A stretch of 64,000 nucleotides of DNA from the human T2T-CHM13v2.0 reference genome, Homo sapiens: the NCBI RefSeq assembly GCF_009914755.1, contig NC_060944.1. One strand, written 5' to 3'. Positions 23,677 to 57,237 of the stretch are shown one piece after another; the stretch's first letter is position 1; each line of letters begins with the position of its first letter. Below the pieces are notes generated by a model. That model was not told the origin of the DNA and searched no databases. It worked only from the letters and a program-made list of their open reading frames with translations. Position numbers and translations under genes: made by a program.

Positions 23677-24700
23677 GGCCCAGGCCCGCCCGGCCTCGAC
23701 GTCCCTGGGGAGGGACCCGGCGCGGCTCCGGCCGCTGGGGCTGCGGCTGCTCTCGGCCCACCTCGGCCCCGACACCGCGTCCCCGTCCCAAGCCCCGCCG
23801 CGCGGTCTCTCCGCTGCTCTGGGCTCGGAGAGTGCGGCCCGACCGCCTCCAGGCGCCCCGGCTCCGGCTGCGGCTCCGCCCGGCGCCCGCCCCCTCGGCC
23901 TCGCCGCGCCCCCGGAGCGCGCCCGGGCCCCCGCCGCCCGCACGCCGATCGCTCCCTCGGGCTCCGAGTCCGGCTGCGGCCCGGGCCCCGGCTCCGCCCG
24001 GCGCAGCCCGCCCCCCGCGCAGCCCCGCCAGCTCCCCGCCCCGCCGCCTCGGCTCGGGGGCGCGCGGTTCCGCGAACAAAAGGCGGACGCGGCGGGAGCG
24101 GCAGGGAGGGACGCAGGCAGGGAGCGAGGGAGGGATCTGCGAGGCAACAGCGACCCCTTCGAGGGTCAGGCTGGCGCGGGCAGCCGCGGCCCGGGCTCCC
24201 TCCTCCTCCGCTCCGCCGCCTCCTCCCCTGCCCGCTCGGGGAAGGCACCCGGCGGAGGCGCCCCTGCGCCCGGCGTCCGGGCAGGGCCTGCGAGAGCGGC
24301 GGGAGCCGGGACTCCCGGGCCGAGGCCGGGCGGACCTCAGTTCGCAGGAACCCGCATCCATGCACGCCCAGCGCCTCGCCCCTCGCCCCGTGCCGAGCGT
24401 GCGCGAACTCCGCCCCCTTAGCCGGCATCGCCGGAGCCGCGATCCCATCGCACAGATGCGTAAACTGAAGCCTGGGGTGCACGCGCCAAGCTCACGGTCT
24501 AGGCGGCGCCGATGGGACCCAAAGCTCACACCTCCCGGGCGCGCTCGGGCTCCCCCTGCCTCGGCTTCCCTCTCCTGGCATAGGGACCGTGAAGCCCTGT
24601 GTGCATGCCTGGCTCGCGCACCTTGACCGGCGGATATTTCTCCCCATGCGCCCCCGACCCGGGTTTCAGGCTCTGTACGGCTAAAATGGAAGCGACCCGT

Positions 24701-25268
<568 letters not shown>

Positions 25269-25399
25269 CTACGCCCCCATCCCTGAGCCACCGCAGGGCA
25301 GAGCTGGATTGAGTGCTTTGCCCCACAGATGTACCCTCGTCCTTAGGGTGCCCCACACCCCTTGCCACCAGAAGGGCAGGGCTGTTTTTGCCCCTTTAC

Positions 25400-25592
25400 A
25401 ACCTCTTTCTCCTCCTGTTCTCTCCTCCCCCTCCCATTTATCCCCTGCTCTTTCTTCCTCCTTCTTCTCCCATCTTTCCCCTTCCTTTCCCCCCTCCTTT
25501 TCCAAGTCTTCCTTTTCCTCCTCTTTCCCCTCTTCTTCCTCCTGCCCATTTTCTCCTTCTTCTTCCTCCCCCAATTCCCTTCCTTCACCTCT
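25400..25592. repeat. Polypyrimidine/polypurine (CT-rich) low-complexity tract
   Basis: About 190 bp, mostly C/T on the plus strand. Confidence 0.85.
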
Positions 25593-26829
25593 GCACCTGC
25601 CTGTGACACAGCAGGCACCAGGTCCACTTCTTTGTCTCTGTCCCACCTTCCCCACACGCTGTGAATACACTCCTGGGGCATCCCCTCTCTCCAGAGGCAT
25701 GACTTCATCTGGATCCAGGTGAGTGAGTGCTCCTCCACCCCAACGCTAGGTGCCCTCCATACGGCCAAGTGAGGAGCAGGCACTCAGCAGGCTCTTGGCA
25801 AACACTTCCGCAGGGGCATCCCCACCCCCTCCTAGCAAGACACCAGCTCCCCTCACGGCCCACTGACTGTCCACAAACCCTGTTTGCACAGGCGCCAGGT
25901 ACACTGAGGGACGCAGTGGTGGGCATGTCAGTGCCTGAACTCATGGAGCACACAGTGTGTGTTGGGGGGGACCACAAAATACTCAGCACAAACAGGGTGG
26001 CATGGCATGTGGGCAGGAGTGCTGGAGAAGGATGTGGGAGCCGCAGGCTAGTGACCCAGGGCAGGCCTTCCCACATTCCGGGCCTCAGAGTCCCCACCTG
26101 CTCTGGTCTAATGTAACAGATGACAGGGTCCATCCAGCTCAGATGCCCCTGGCTCTAGTAGGCTGCATCTAGTCTGGCACAGAAAGATGCTGTGAAGCTC
26201 TTGGAAAGTGTGTCCTCTCTCTGTGCTTCAGTTTCTGCCCCTGTGCAGAACATAGGTTTGGAGGTGTTGGGTGGTGTGAATGCAGGGACATAGCAGACCA
26301 GGCTGGCTCAGCCACTCCTGACACACCCTTGGTCACATCAGTGGTCCTGAGATTAGAGTGGCCTGCATCTCTCTTCTAGGGCAGGGATCTGAGTCCTGGC
26401 TCTACCACCTATCCTCTCTGGGCCCAACACTCATGGCTGGCCAGGGAGGGGCCTGTGGGTCCCACCTGCTCTGAGGTGCTTTGGATTTGGGGAGTCAAGA
26501 ATCTACATTGTAGACCCAGGGAAGCCTTGAGAACAACAGGGCTCTGGTGGGGAGGGACTAGGTGGGGCTGACGTAGGGGCTGTGGACTCAGGGTCAGTTC
26601 AGACCAGGGATACCACAAAGGAGATAAGACTTGTTGAGAGTCCAGAACTGGCTACATTGTAGACGGGGTGACCGTCCTTGCGCCGGCACATCCTGCAGCT
26701 GTGTGATGCGTGGCCTCTTCCTGTGTGCCGGGCTCTGTGCTCCACATTTCAGTAAAGGATCTCCAAAAGGTGAAGATACTTCTTGTGACTGATTAATATT
26801 TTCCAAAGGGTATATCTCATCCCAATTGC

Positions 26830-27340
26830 TCTTCTTACAATGTGACACTGATGCTCCTCCAATTGAGCGGCACGTGTGTGCGGCACGTGTGTGGGGGCAC
26901 TGTGTGCCCCCACCTTGAATCTCAGCAGATCTTGTGACTGTCTCAACCAACAGAGTATGGCAGAAGTGTTCATCTGTGACTTCCAAGGTTAGGTCATAAA
27001 AAGCAACATGGATTCCACCCAGCTTGCTTCTCTCTCTCTTTCTCTCTCTCTGTCTCTCTGGCCACTCACCCACCATGATAGGAGGAAGCCCAGGCCTCAT
27101 GGGGAGACCGCATGAAGGTGATCTAGCCAACAACTCCAGCTCTGGTCCCCACTAACCACCAGACATGTGAGAGAGTGAGCCTGCAGATGATTCAGCCCCC
27201 AGACTTGGAGCTGCCCCAGTGGACAAGTGGAGCAGAAATGAGCTGTCTCACCAACCCTGCCCAAACTGCAAAATAAGTATTGTTGTTTTCGGCCACTAAG
27301 TTTTGGGGTCATTTGTTACATAACACTGGGTAGCTGGAAT
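26830..27340 (+). mobile_element. MLT1 (MaLR) solo LTR
   Basis: accaacagagtatggcagaagtg..tgtgacttccaaggttaggtcataaaa..cagacatgtgag..ccctgcccaaactgca..ccactaagttttggggtcatttgttac. Confidence 0.78.
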
Positions 27341-27774
27341 GTGTGACCAAGGTCACACAGCTTGGATGTGGCAGGGCTGGGATTGACTTGAACCCAGAGC
27401 TGCCCAATTCCAGGGCCTGTTGTGGTACCCTATTGGGCTGCGAAGTGCCCAGCACAGACACACAGTGTGTGCTGCAGAAAGCGCTACTCAAAAGAGACTG
27501 AAGCATTACCTTGTAAGAATTATATAACATAGGAAGTGAAGATGCTGATTACCCAAGTAGAAAAACGGTTTCATTTCTCCCATTCAAGCTGCTAAATTGA
27601 CCAACGTGATGAAAACTGAATGGAGACTCACTCCTGGAAAGCTTCCAAGAGGAGGTGTGTTTTTTCCTTTTAAACTAAAGTTGTTTTGTTTTGTTTTTTC
27701 ATTATACAGATTAAAAAACAAGCAACTGGCTATGGGAAAATTAGAGGAATCGGTCGGGAAACCTCATTAAATAG

Positions 27775-35899
<8,125 letters not shown>

Positions 35900-36470
35900 A
35901 GATTGTTCTTTCAGTCTAGGCATGCCCCCTTCTAGCTTCTGTTCTAACACACTCATCGGCTTGGAGAGGGAAGTGAATGGCAGACTGTCAGTCCCGCGAA
36001 GTCTTCTGAGATTATCTGGTTCAACATGTTACATGTTGTGTGTGGTGAAACTGAGGCTCAGGAGTGCAAATGGGCTTATCCAAGGTCATACGGGGAACTA
36101 GAGGCCCCAGACCTCCAGCCTGGGCCTTAGGCATCTGGCCAATGGCCCACAGTCCCAAGGCCAGGCTGCCAGAAGGACAAGGAGGTAGAAAGGAATTGCA
36201 ACCAGAATCTATGGTGTATGGTTAATACGTGTTACATGCTAACTGCAATGAGGTCTTGAATGCCGAGTTGCTCACAGACTCACCCAGCAGCAGCTCGGCC
36301 TGGAGTGACAGGTGAGAGGGAGCAAAGGGCAGCTGGCGTGGGCATGGAGCTGGCTGGGTGTGCCCCAGGCCTCTCCCTCTCATCTCTAGGCCTCACCTAT
36401 CAGCGCTTCCTTCCTGGGCAGGGCTGAGGATTCACTCACTGCCCACGGCCGGCTGAGCAGGGACAGGAGA

Positions 36471-36503
36471 ATGAGAGGCCTCCGCTGGCGTTACACTCGG
36501 CTG
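36471..36503 (+). CDS. TLDC2: TLDC2 coding exon 1 (MRGLRWRYTRL)
   Basis: ATG at 36471, 33 nt, donor CTG|GTAAGG; joins the next exon in phase 0. Confidence 0.88.
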
Positions 36504-36904
36504 GTAAGGGTTCCAACTCCGTCTGTGGTGCAGGTTGGGAGGTGAAAGGAGGTGAGGTCTCTGGCAGGGTGGGGCCTGGGCTAGGGTTGGATGCGGGCAG
36601 TGACTTGTTCCCCTCTCAAGTCCCTCCCTGGCAGGCCTGTGGTTTGGAGCAAGGACTGACTCAGGAACATGGGGTCTTAACACCCCTGCTCCAAGGTTCT
36701 CAAGGGGGACAGACCGATGTCTCTGTCCCTTCCTCCCTGGAGTGGGTGCTGGATGGAGCTCTGTTCAGAGCCACACACAGCTAGACCTGCCTCAGGCCTG
36801 AGCCTGGAGAACAGAGCGGGGCAGGAGAGGGGGTCCTGTCCATCTCTCAGCCCTTGAGAGGTCTCTTCTTCCTGGGAAAAGCCTGCAAGGTCATTGTGTG
36901 GAGG

Positions 36905-37320
36905 CACACACATACACATACATATAACATATACACACTCACACGCATACACATGCAAACACACACACTCACACACTCAAACACACTCAAATGCACTCAT
37001 ACACACTCAAATGCACTCACACACTCAAACACACATACAGACACACACACATTCAAACACACACACTCACACACACACTCTGGTACAGAGTGGAAGCTCG
37101 GATGAATGAATGAGTGAATAATGATGCCCCTTATGGATGTAGATATTTACACCATCACAACTCACACAAACACATTGATATATAAACACAAATTTACACT
37201 CAATACCTCCACACACTGATGTGCCTACACAACTCTATTCCAAGCCAACACACAATTCGCACAGACAAACACATTTTACATGAACCTACATGTATGATCC
37301 CACATATGACTGCATGCATC
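36905..37320. repeat. CA-rich low-complexity tract in TLDC2 intron 1
   Basis: Degenerate ACACACTCAA / ACACAT units. Confidence 0.8.
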
Positions 37321-38106
37321 ATTTCACGGGCTTCATGGGGAAACCTTTGGGCTTCATTTTCTTCCTTTGGAAAATGCTGATAAGAAGAAATACACAGAAG
37401 GCCAGGCGCGGTGGCTCACGCCTGTAATCCCAGCACTTTGGGAGGCCAGGTGGATCATCTGAGGTCAGGAGTTCGAGACCAGCCTGGCCAACAGGAGGAA
37501 CCCGTGTCTCTACTAAAAATACAAAAATTAGCCAGGCATGGTGGTGGGCACCTGTCATCCCAGCTATTTGGGAGGCTGAGACAAGAGAATTGCTTTAACC
37601 TGGGAGCCAGAGGTCACAGTGAGCTGACATTGCACCTCTGAACTCCAGCCTGGGTGACAGAGCAAGACCCTGTCTCAAAAAAAAAAAAAAAAAAGAAAAA
37701 GAAAAAAGAAGAAGAAACACACAGAGATCACAGACAGTGCACACTGAACACAGGCCTGGGCAAGGATGGGTTTTTTGTTGTTATTATTTAATGTACAAAC
37801 ACACACAATTGAAGCTCCCAGGGCTATGCCACCACCTGCCTTCCCCTCTGCTCCCAAGCTTAGAACTTGATCCCTGCCACCCACCCAGGATCCATGGCAA
37901 ACAGACCGACAAGTCGCACGGCCCACGGCCCCATCTGAGCCTTGTGGGGTGCTGGCGGGGGTGGGGGGACTGTGCTCCAGCCCTCAGCCGGCAGGGGCCA
38001 GGGAGGAAGCAGGCTGGCGGCAGGGGCAGCGTCCTGTCTGTCGTGGAAACCCCCAACTACCCTGGGCTGGGCTGGGGGTTACAGGCACATGGGCAGGGAG
38101 TGATGA

Positions 38107-38388
<282 letters not shown>

Positions 38389-39209
38389 TAAACCTAAGAG
38401 TCTCACCCTCCTGCCCTACACCAGCCACGCCCAGGGGCACCTAGAGTCACTCTTGCTCTGTTCTCATCATGCGTTACCTCCGGCAAATTGCTTCTTCTCT
38501 CGGGGCTTTGCTTTCCCTTCTTGTAAAATCATCCAGTGTTGCTAGCACCTCCCTCTACACTGGGCCAGGAGGTTAAGGAGGTAAAGAAAGAGGCTAGGAC
38601 GGGCGCGGTGGCTCACGCCTGTAATCCCAGCACTTTGGGAGGCGAAGGCAGGGGGATCGCTTGAGGCCAGGAGCTGGAGACGAGCCTGGCCAACATGGCA
38701 AAACCCTGTCTCTACTAAAAATACAAAAATTAGCCGGGTGTGGTGGTGTGCACCTGTAGTCTCAGCTACTCGGGAGGCTGAGGCACAAGATTTGCTTGAA
38801 CCCAGCAGGCGGAGGTTGCAGTGAGCTGAGATTGTGTCACTCTGCTCCAGCCTGGGTGACAGAGTGAGACTCTGTCTCAAAAGAAAAAAAGGAAAGAAAC
38901 TAATTCCTACCTAGAACCAGCCCTTGGGAACTGAGGCCAAAGCTGGAGAGGGGTGGGCGGATGAGACGGAGGATCAGGAGGAGGGTTCAGCATCTTTCCT
39001 ATTCTCTAGCCTCTGGGGGCAAGGGTGACCAAGCAGAAAGAGTCCTGAGAGTCCTGACCTGGGTTCAAATCCTGTCTCTACCATTCACTACCCATGCGAG
39101 CTTTGGGCTAGTTGTTCCACCCTCCCTGGGCCTCAGTTTCCTCATCTATAAGATGGGAATAACAACCCCTATCTCCGAGGGCTATGGCTGATGGCATGAA
39201 AGTCCCTAG

Positions 39210-39587
<378 letters not shown>

Positions 39588-40099
39588 TGACAGACTAAGT
39601 CACCTATAATGGACACTGATGATGGCAATAAGACCTGCCCACTCAGAGCCATTCCCCCATTTATGCATTCAACACATCTACATGGGGCGCCTTCTGTGTG
39701 CCAGGTGAGAGGTGGGATAGAGCAGAATCAACCCAGAAGAGGTCCCAGCTCTCTTGGAGCTAATGGTCTAATAGGGGAAGGGTCAGACATTAAGCAAATA
39801 ATCATTTGACTGTAAAACTGCATCTTCATCCTCAGAAGCAGAAGAAACTATGGGGGTGCTGGGCACGGTGGCTCACACCTGTAATCCTAGCACTTTGGGA
39901 GGCTGAGGCAGGAGGCTTGAGTCCAGGAGTTCAAGACCAGCCTGGACAACATAGCCAGACCCTGTCTCTAAAAAAACCCAAAACCAAAAACAAAAACCAA
40001 CAACAACCACAAAAAAATTAGCCAGGTGTGGTGGTGTATGCCTATAGTCCCAGCAACTGGGGCCAGGGGTGTTGCAGGGTAGTTGAGGCAGGAGGATCA

Positions 40100-40216
<117 letters not shown>

Positions 40217-40254
40217 TTAAACTGATGTCAGAAGGAAACATACGAAAATATTAA

Positions 40255-40629
<375 letters not shown>

Positions 40630-40925
40630 TAAGTTGGCCAGGTTGGTCTTGAACTCCTGACCTCAGGTGATCAGCCTGCCCCAGCCTCCCCCAAAGTGCT
40701 GGGATTACAGGCATGAGCCATCACGCTCGGCCCAGAATAAGTATATTTAAGAAAAAGGAGGGCCCTGACGGCCCAGAGGAGGAAGGCAGCAGGAGTTCTT
40801 CCTTGGGGAGCATTAAGGGAAAGGATGCATAAGGATTCCTGCTCTTGGGTGTGGAGCCCCCATGCCCCAGCTCTGCCCCAGCTTCCCAGGTGCCCTCTAG
40901 GATGAGCCTGTATTACTAAACCTGA

Positions 40926-41216
<291 letters not shown>

Positions 41217-41514
41217 TGAGCAGGGCAGTGGTGGGCAGAGCATCCCCCTTGACCTGCCTGTCCTGCATTTAAAACGTATTTGGTGGGTCTCTGGCAACCG
41301 CTGACTGGCTGAGAGGAGGGAGGACCATGCTTGCCAGGCACAGGCTGGGAAGACAAGATGGTCCAAAGTAGACCTGAGGGCGTGGTGGCAGGACGACAAA
41401 GGAGGACACAGCCAATGGCTTCTCAGGAAGTATGGGGGCCAGGCACCGTGGCTCATGCCTGTAATCCTACTTTGGGAGGCCAACGAAGGTGGATTGCTTG
41501 AGTCCAGGATTTCA

Positions 41515-41896
<382 letters not shown>

Positions 41897-42899
41897 TCAG
41901 TGCATCGGCTGCTCGGCGCAGGCCTGCAGAGGGGACAGCAGAGAGTGGACAGCCAGGGTTGGGGGTTTTGCCAAACTGGCTTAACACCGGCAGAGAGGGA
42001 AAGGAAGTTGAAGGGAGTGAAAATACAACATGGACAACGGAACCTAAACTGGACCAGGAGGGGAGGGGAGAGAAGCGGGGGGCACTGGGGGACACCAAGG
42101 CAAAGGTGGGCTCGGCATGAGAGGTCTCCTTGACATCAAAGGCTTGGAGCAGTGACAGCAGTTGGACAATGTGTTGGAAGACAGGATACAGTGGACAGAG
42201 AGAGGGACATTTGAAATAGGCTGTGGAGGAGACACCTGCCATCCCTGGTGAGGACAAATTCTCAGATGTGAACATGGAAGACAGCGGCAGAAACCCATTC
42301 TGGGGCAGGGCCTGGACGAGTCCACGTAGACAGTGAAGTTTACCAGAGAGCTGTGAAGGGTGGTGGGTGGTGAGTCAGAGCTCAGGTTTCTAATTAATGA
42401 TGAGTGGGAGAGTGACAGGCACAAGATGACTGGTATAGTCAGGTGGCTCGAGCTGCCCAGGAGCTGGGTGAGAATAATAGTCCCAAACACCTTCCATCCA
42501 AAGGTTTCCTGCCTCTGGGTTATTTATTCACTAAAGCTATTGAGCAGTACCTGCTTGGCACAGAGCATACTACTTTTACTACTAGTAAAAATGGCCAGGC
42601 CAAGCCCTGTGGTTCATGCCTACAATCCCAGCACTTAGGGAGGCAGAGGCAGGAGGATCGCTTGAGCCCAGGAGTTCAAGACCAGCCTGGCAACAGAGCA
42701 AGATGCCATTTTCCACAAAAAGGAAAAAACAAAAACAAAACACGGCCAGGTGCAGTGGCTGGCTCACAACTGTAATCCCAGCATTTTGCGGGACTGAGGT
42801 GGGAGGATTGCTTGAGCTCAGGAGTTCAAGACCAGCCTGGGCAACAGAGTGAGATGCTGTCTCTTAAAAAAAATTTTTTTTCAAATTGTTCAGTGGATG

Positions 42900-43260
42900 A
42901 AGTCGTTCCAGGTATTCTGCTATTAGAGATCTCTCCAATGCACAGACTAAGATTCCTTCAGACACATCCAGTCACACAGTCATCTGGTCTCATGACAGGC
43001 AGTTCACAAGGAGCTATGGACTGCTTTGCTAAAGGCAAAATATACCATATCTATTGCATTGCTGCCATCAGCTGGAGGGGCTCCATCGAGCTTCCCAGGA
43101 TCCAGGAAAGGGTGAGGGAGGCATGGTGAGCCAGTGCTGGTACTACTCATCACCACTTGCCTTCCTGAACTTAAGTCTCAGAATTCTAAAGGTCTAGAAT
43201 TTTCCTTCCATTGCACTGACATTAGACTATTCCTACATTGACTATTCCTAGTAGAATCTT
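42900..43260 (-). mobile_element. Ancient CR1/L3 LINE fossil containing a reverse-transcriptase motif
   Basis: Minus strand 43060-43016 translates NAIDMVYFAFSKAVH, resembling the CR1 RT motif VDVIYLDFSKAFD. Confidence 0.6.
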
Positions 43261-43269
43261 TTGCTGGTT

Positions 43270-45680
<2,411 letters not shown>

Positions 45681-46129
45681 AACTTTTTCAGGGGAGCCTG
45701 TCTTTCCAGTCTATTGTTATGGAATCTCATCTTCTAAAAAATTGGTTAATTCTTGGCTATCTCTGGCCTTCTGGCACTTGTATTCCTCATGAATTCGGTA
45801 GTTCGTTGATTGCTATTCCAAACGGCACCATGAACTTGGTCTCAATTCCTTCCACAGCAACGTGTATCTTACTCCTTCAGGTCAAAGGTCATGTCCTTCG
45901 AGAAAGTAGAGGAGGACTTGAATGATTCTGTCCCCTTGTGGTCACTTGTTAATATGATCTCATCTCTCCTGAGCATAGGACGTATCTTTTATTAGTCTGT
46001 TTTCCGGCTAAAAACCCTTTGGTTGCTCACAGCATTTTGGGCCACTGATTAAGGCAATAACATCCTATCGTTTTGCAGCCCTTTAAAACTATTTTGACTC
46101 TTGAATAATTTTTGCATTCAATAAATATA

Positions 46130-47400
<1,271 letters not shown>

Positions 47401-47644
47401 GTTGATGAGCTGGATGTGAGGCAGCACTGAAGAGCAGGCGGGCTGGTGTTGTCCGGGTGAGAGTTAGTTAGAAGGGCAGTATCAGTTCCCACTCCTGGCC
47501 TGGACTGCTCCCCTCCTCCCTCCAGCTTTGGAAGCAGGAAGCCTCAGGGGTCGTTGTCCTATTCTAGAACAAAGAGGCTTCTAGGCTGTAGGAATTCAAA
47601 CTAGAGGGCATGCGGTGGTGACTCCAAGGAGACTGAGAAGATAA

Positions 47645-47875
<231 letters not shown>

Positions 47876-48572
47876 TGAGTGTCTCAGTCTTCCCGAGTCT
47901 TGGGGCGGTCTGTGTTCTGGTCCCTTTCCCTCTGCCGAACTGCTGGGCTAGGCTGCCCTTGATGCAATGGCGAGGCTAGTGGGGAACTCTCAGGCCGTTC
48001 CCCTCATTGCTCAGCCTCCCAGCCAACCCCCTCAACCTCACGCTAAGCCAGTATTAAGGAGAAAGGATGCATGAGTGCCCCCACTGAAGTGTTACAGCTG
48101 GTGACAGTTTAGTCTGAATGTATGCAACTTTGGGAATAGAATTCCACATGGTTGGATGAGACTAGCGTCAAGAGATGAGTGTGCCTCGTTTTTCCACCAG
48201 CCCAGGAATTGCAGGGGACATAACTCATTGCAGGAACCTCCCTCGGTGAGGACGGGGTAGAGAGAGGTAGGAAAAAAAAGTTGATCTCATCCTGGTGTGA
48301 CCTTCACATTCAGGGGGCATGCGTCTTATCCTGAGGGCGGGGATGAGAGCATTGCTTGATTAGTACCAGGCAAATTCTTTGCTCTCCCAACTGCCTGAAA
48401 AGCCTCCACTGAGGGGCAGCTTGGCACAGAACACATCAGCCATTGCTGATCTGCAGGAATTCACTTCCTGGTTTCAGCCGAGGTTTTCTGTCAAATAAGG
48501 GGATTAGAATGGACGCTCTGAAGCATTTGGGCTCTCAGAGTTTGCACCCTGAGATGTACTAGCTTTGGTTAA

Positions 48573-49164
<592 letters not shown>

Positions 49165-49222
49165 TCAAGACCAGCCTGGCCAACATAGCAAAACCCCATC
49201 TCTACTAAACATACAAAAATTA

Positions 49223-49734
<512 letters not shown>

Positions 49735-50257
49735 CAGCCCTGCGGCAACAGGTACTCAGCCCTGCTCATGATGCCACCCAGGCCTTCCTGACACACAGCA
49801 GCCTGTGCTGTTTGAAACACAGATGGTGAAGGGCCCTAGAGTTGGCCGAGGCTGCTGGCCAGCCTCCTTGTGGCCTGGGGACCCAAGATACAGGTGGGGG
49901 CAGGCACTGCTCTTTTGCAGAGGTGACTTTGAAGGATTAAAAGACGCTTACACCTTACTCAAGCAGCACAGAGACCCTAAGCTAACAGGGTCTTAGAAAA
50001 CTCAGAAAAATCCACATCTCTTCCCCGCTAGTGCCTGCCTCCTGGCAAAGGGAAGATTTTTCACTATGCTGTTCCTCGCCAGCTACTGAACGAGGAAAAC
50101 CAACCTCATGAACATTATCATTTTAGAGGTTCTACAACTGATTCATGTTTATTGTAGAAAAACCAGAAGACGTTAAAAAAATTAAAATTGCCTAAAATTC
50201 AACCCCCCCCAACTCTTAACATTTTCATGTATATCCTTCCAGACAATGTTCCATGAA

Positions 50258-50280
50258 TGTGTGTGTGTGTGTGTGTGTGT
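50258..50280. repeat. (TG)n microsatellite
   Basis: Read directly. Confidence 0.85.
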
Positions 50281-50592
50281 ATACTTACAAAAACAGGATT
50301 CTACTCTGTATGTGTGGAAATGATTTTAACTTACAGAATATTGTCAAACCTTAGAAACCTGGGCTTGAGCACTGGAACTAATAAAGACTGTAGCAGCGTC
50401 GTTCCTCCTCTGGCCTGCTGCAGAATGTTGAGGCCTTTTTGTCTGCCACCAGTGCCAGGTGCTTGTGAGTCTGTTATTTAATTTCACAATGAAGGTATGA
50501 AAGGAGTAAATGAGTAATATGCATTTTTGGACAAAGAGGTCGAAACCTTTGTGGAACACAACTTTCAAGATGGAGATATATATTCACGAAGC

Positions 50593-50598
50593 TTTATT
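50593..50598 (-). terminator. Distal poly(A) signal AATAAA for SAMHD1
   Basis: Plus-strand TTTATT about 2.7 kb downstream of the stop, followed on the minus strand by GU/U-rich sequence. Confidence 0.55.
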
Positions 50599-50707
50599 GC
50601 AGCTGTTTCCCTTACCCAGTTGAAGTGGCCAGTCATTTTAATTTGCAGTTCTATTTACATTCCCAAGGTAACCACGTTCAGTAACTCTCTAGAGGCTAAG
50701 CTGTTAA

Positions 50708-53010
<2,303 letters not shown>

Positions 53011-53072
53011 AGAGTTCAGAATAGATAAAAGAGTTGTTATTCTAAGAAAATAGACTACTGAAGGAGAAAGGC

Positions 53073-53078
53073 TTTAAT
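53073..53078 (-). terminator. Proximal poly(A) signal ATTAAA for SAMHD1
   Basis: Plus-strand TTTAAT about 220 nt downstream of the stop, in AU-rich context. Confidence 0.5.
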
Positions 53079-53297
53079 AATATTAAAAATAGGCAAGGTA
53101 ATGCTTTTCATAGTATAGTAAGATTTGCCTAATACCATCTTATTTCTTTGATTAAAAGTTACTTAGCTTCAGCATGCGTGTACATTCAAAATACAAAATT
53201 AAAGCATGAGTTGTCATTAATTTGCAGAATTCTATGATTGAAGCCTCTAAATGAATTGTGCAGGAGAGGGAGTTTGTAAACAACTGACTACAGACAT

Positions 53298-53432
<135 letters not shown>

Positions 53433-54139
53433 CTATTAGGAAGAGAGAGAAAAACAGGCAATAGAGAAAAGCCAGTTTCCATCATCTTATTTCTGAGTGA
53501 AAGTCTCAAGTGCGCACATCCTCATCTTGCATATAGATTGCTTCTAGCTGTCCTCAATCCAGGGAAACTCCAAATTACATATGCCCTGTGCTTGGGGCAA
53601 ATTAGAAACACTACAGTCTTACGCAGGAAGAGCCTTCATGAAAACAGCCACTGGCCTCTGCAGAGATGACTGGGAGCAGCATACCACTGCCCACCTCTAT
53701 GGCCTCCTTCACACACCTTCACGGAGCACAAACTCTGTCCTGTTTTCCCAGGAGAAAGACGGGATGCACTGAACCCCTAGCTTCTCTCTCGCCTGGTCCC
53801 CTCTGCAATAAAAGGCCCAGGTCTACAAGATGGCAAAGAAGGGGAGGAAGAACAGTATGTACCTGCAGAATTTAAATTTTTCTCTGCATCAAAGCTCTAA
53901 CGTTGGTCCCATCAGCATAGGCTCCAGCCAAAGAAGCTCCTCCACCCAAAATAAGGGAGAGATCCAAAGGGAGGCGATACAATGACGTGAAACCATAGAG
54001 GTAAGAAGCAAGGCCTCCTAATACTTGACTCTATGCTAAACTGTTCTGAACTTGTGGGTAGATCTTCTTTGGTTACAAGATGATGCACGATCTTGGAGAG
54101 CCTCTGTTGTACCAGGAATACAATGCTGGTGGGAGGATT

Positions 54140-57237
<3,098 letters not shown>

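Noticed and set aside
23034-24626. 530-aa antisense ORF (and other 200-330 aa overlapping ORFs) over the SOGA1 CpG island
   Set aside because: It starts at GTG, has low-complexity A/R/P/G composition, and very GC-rich DNA is poor in stop codons. Its equal length to the minus-strand ORF looks coincidental.
25269-25783. Glu/Lys-rich and Ser/Pro-rich ORFs
   Set aside because: Produced by the CT-rich low-complexity tract; no splice or homology support.
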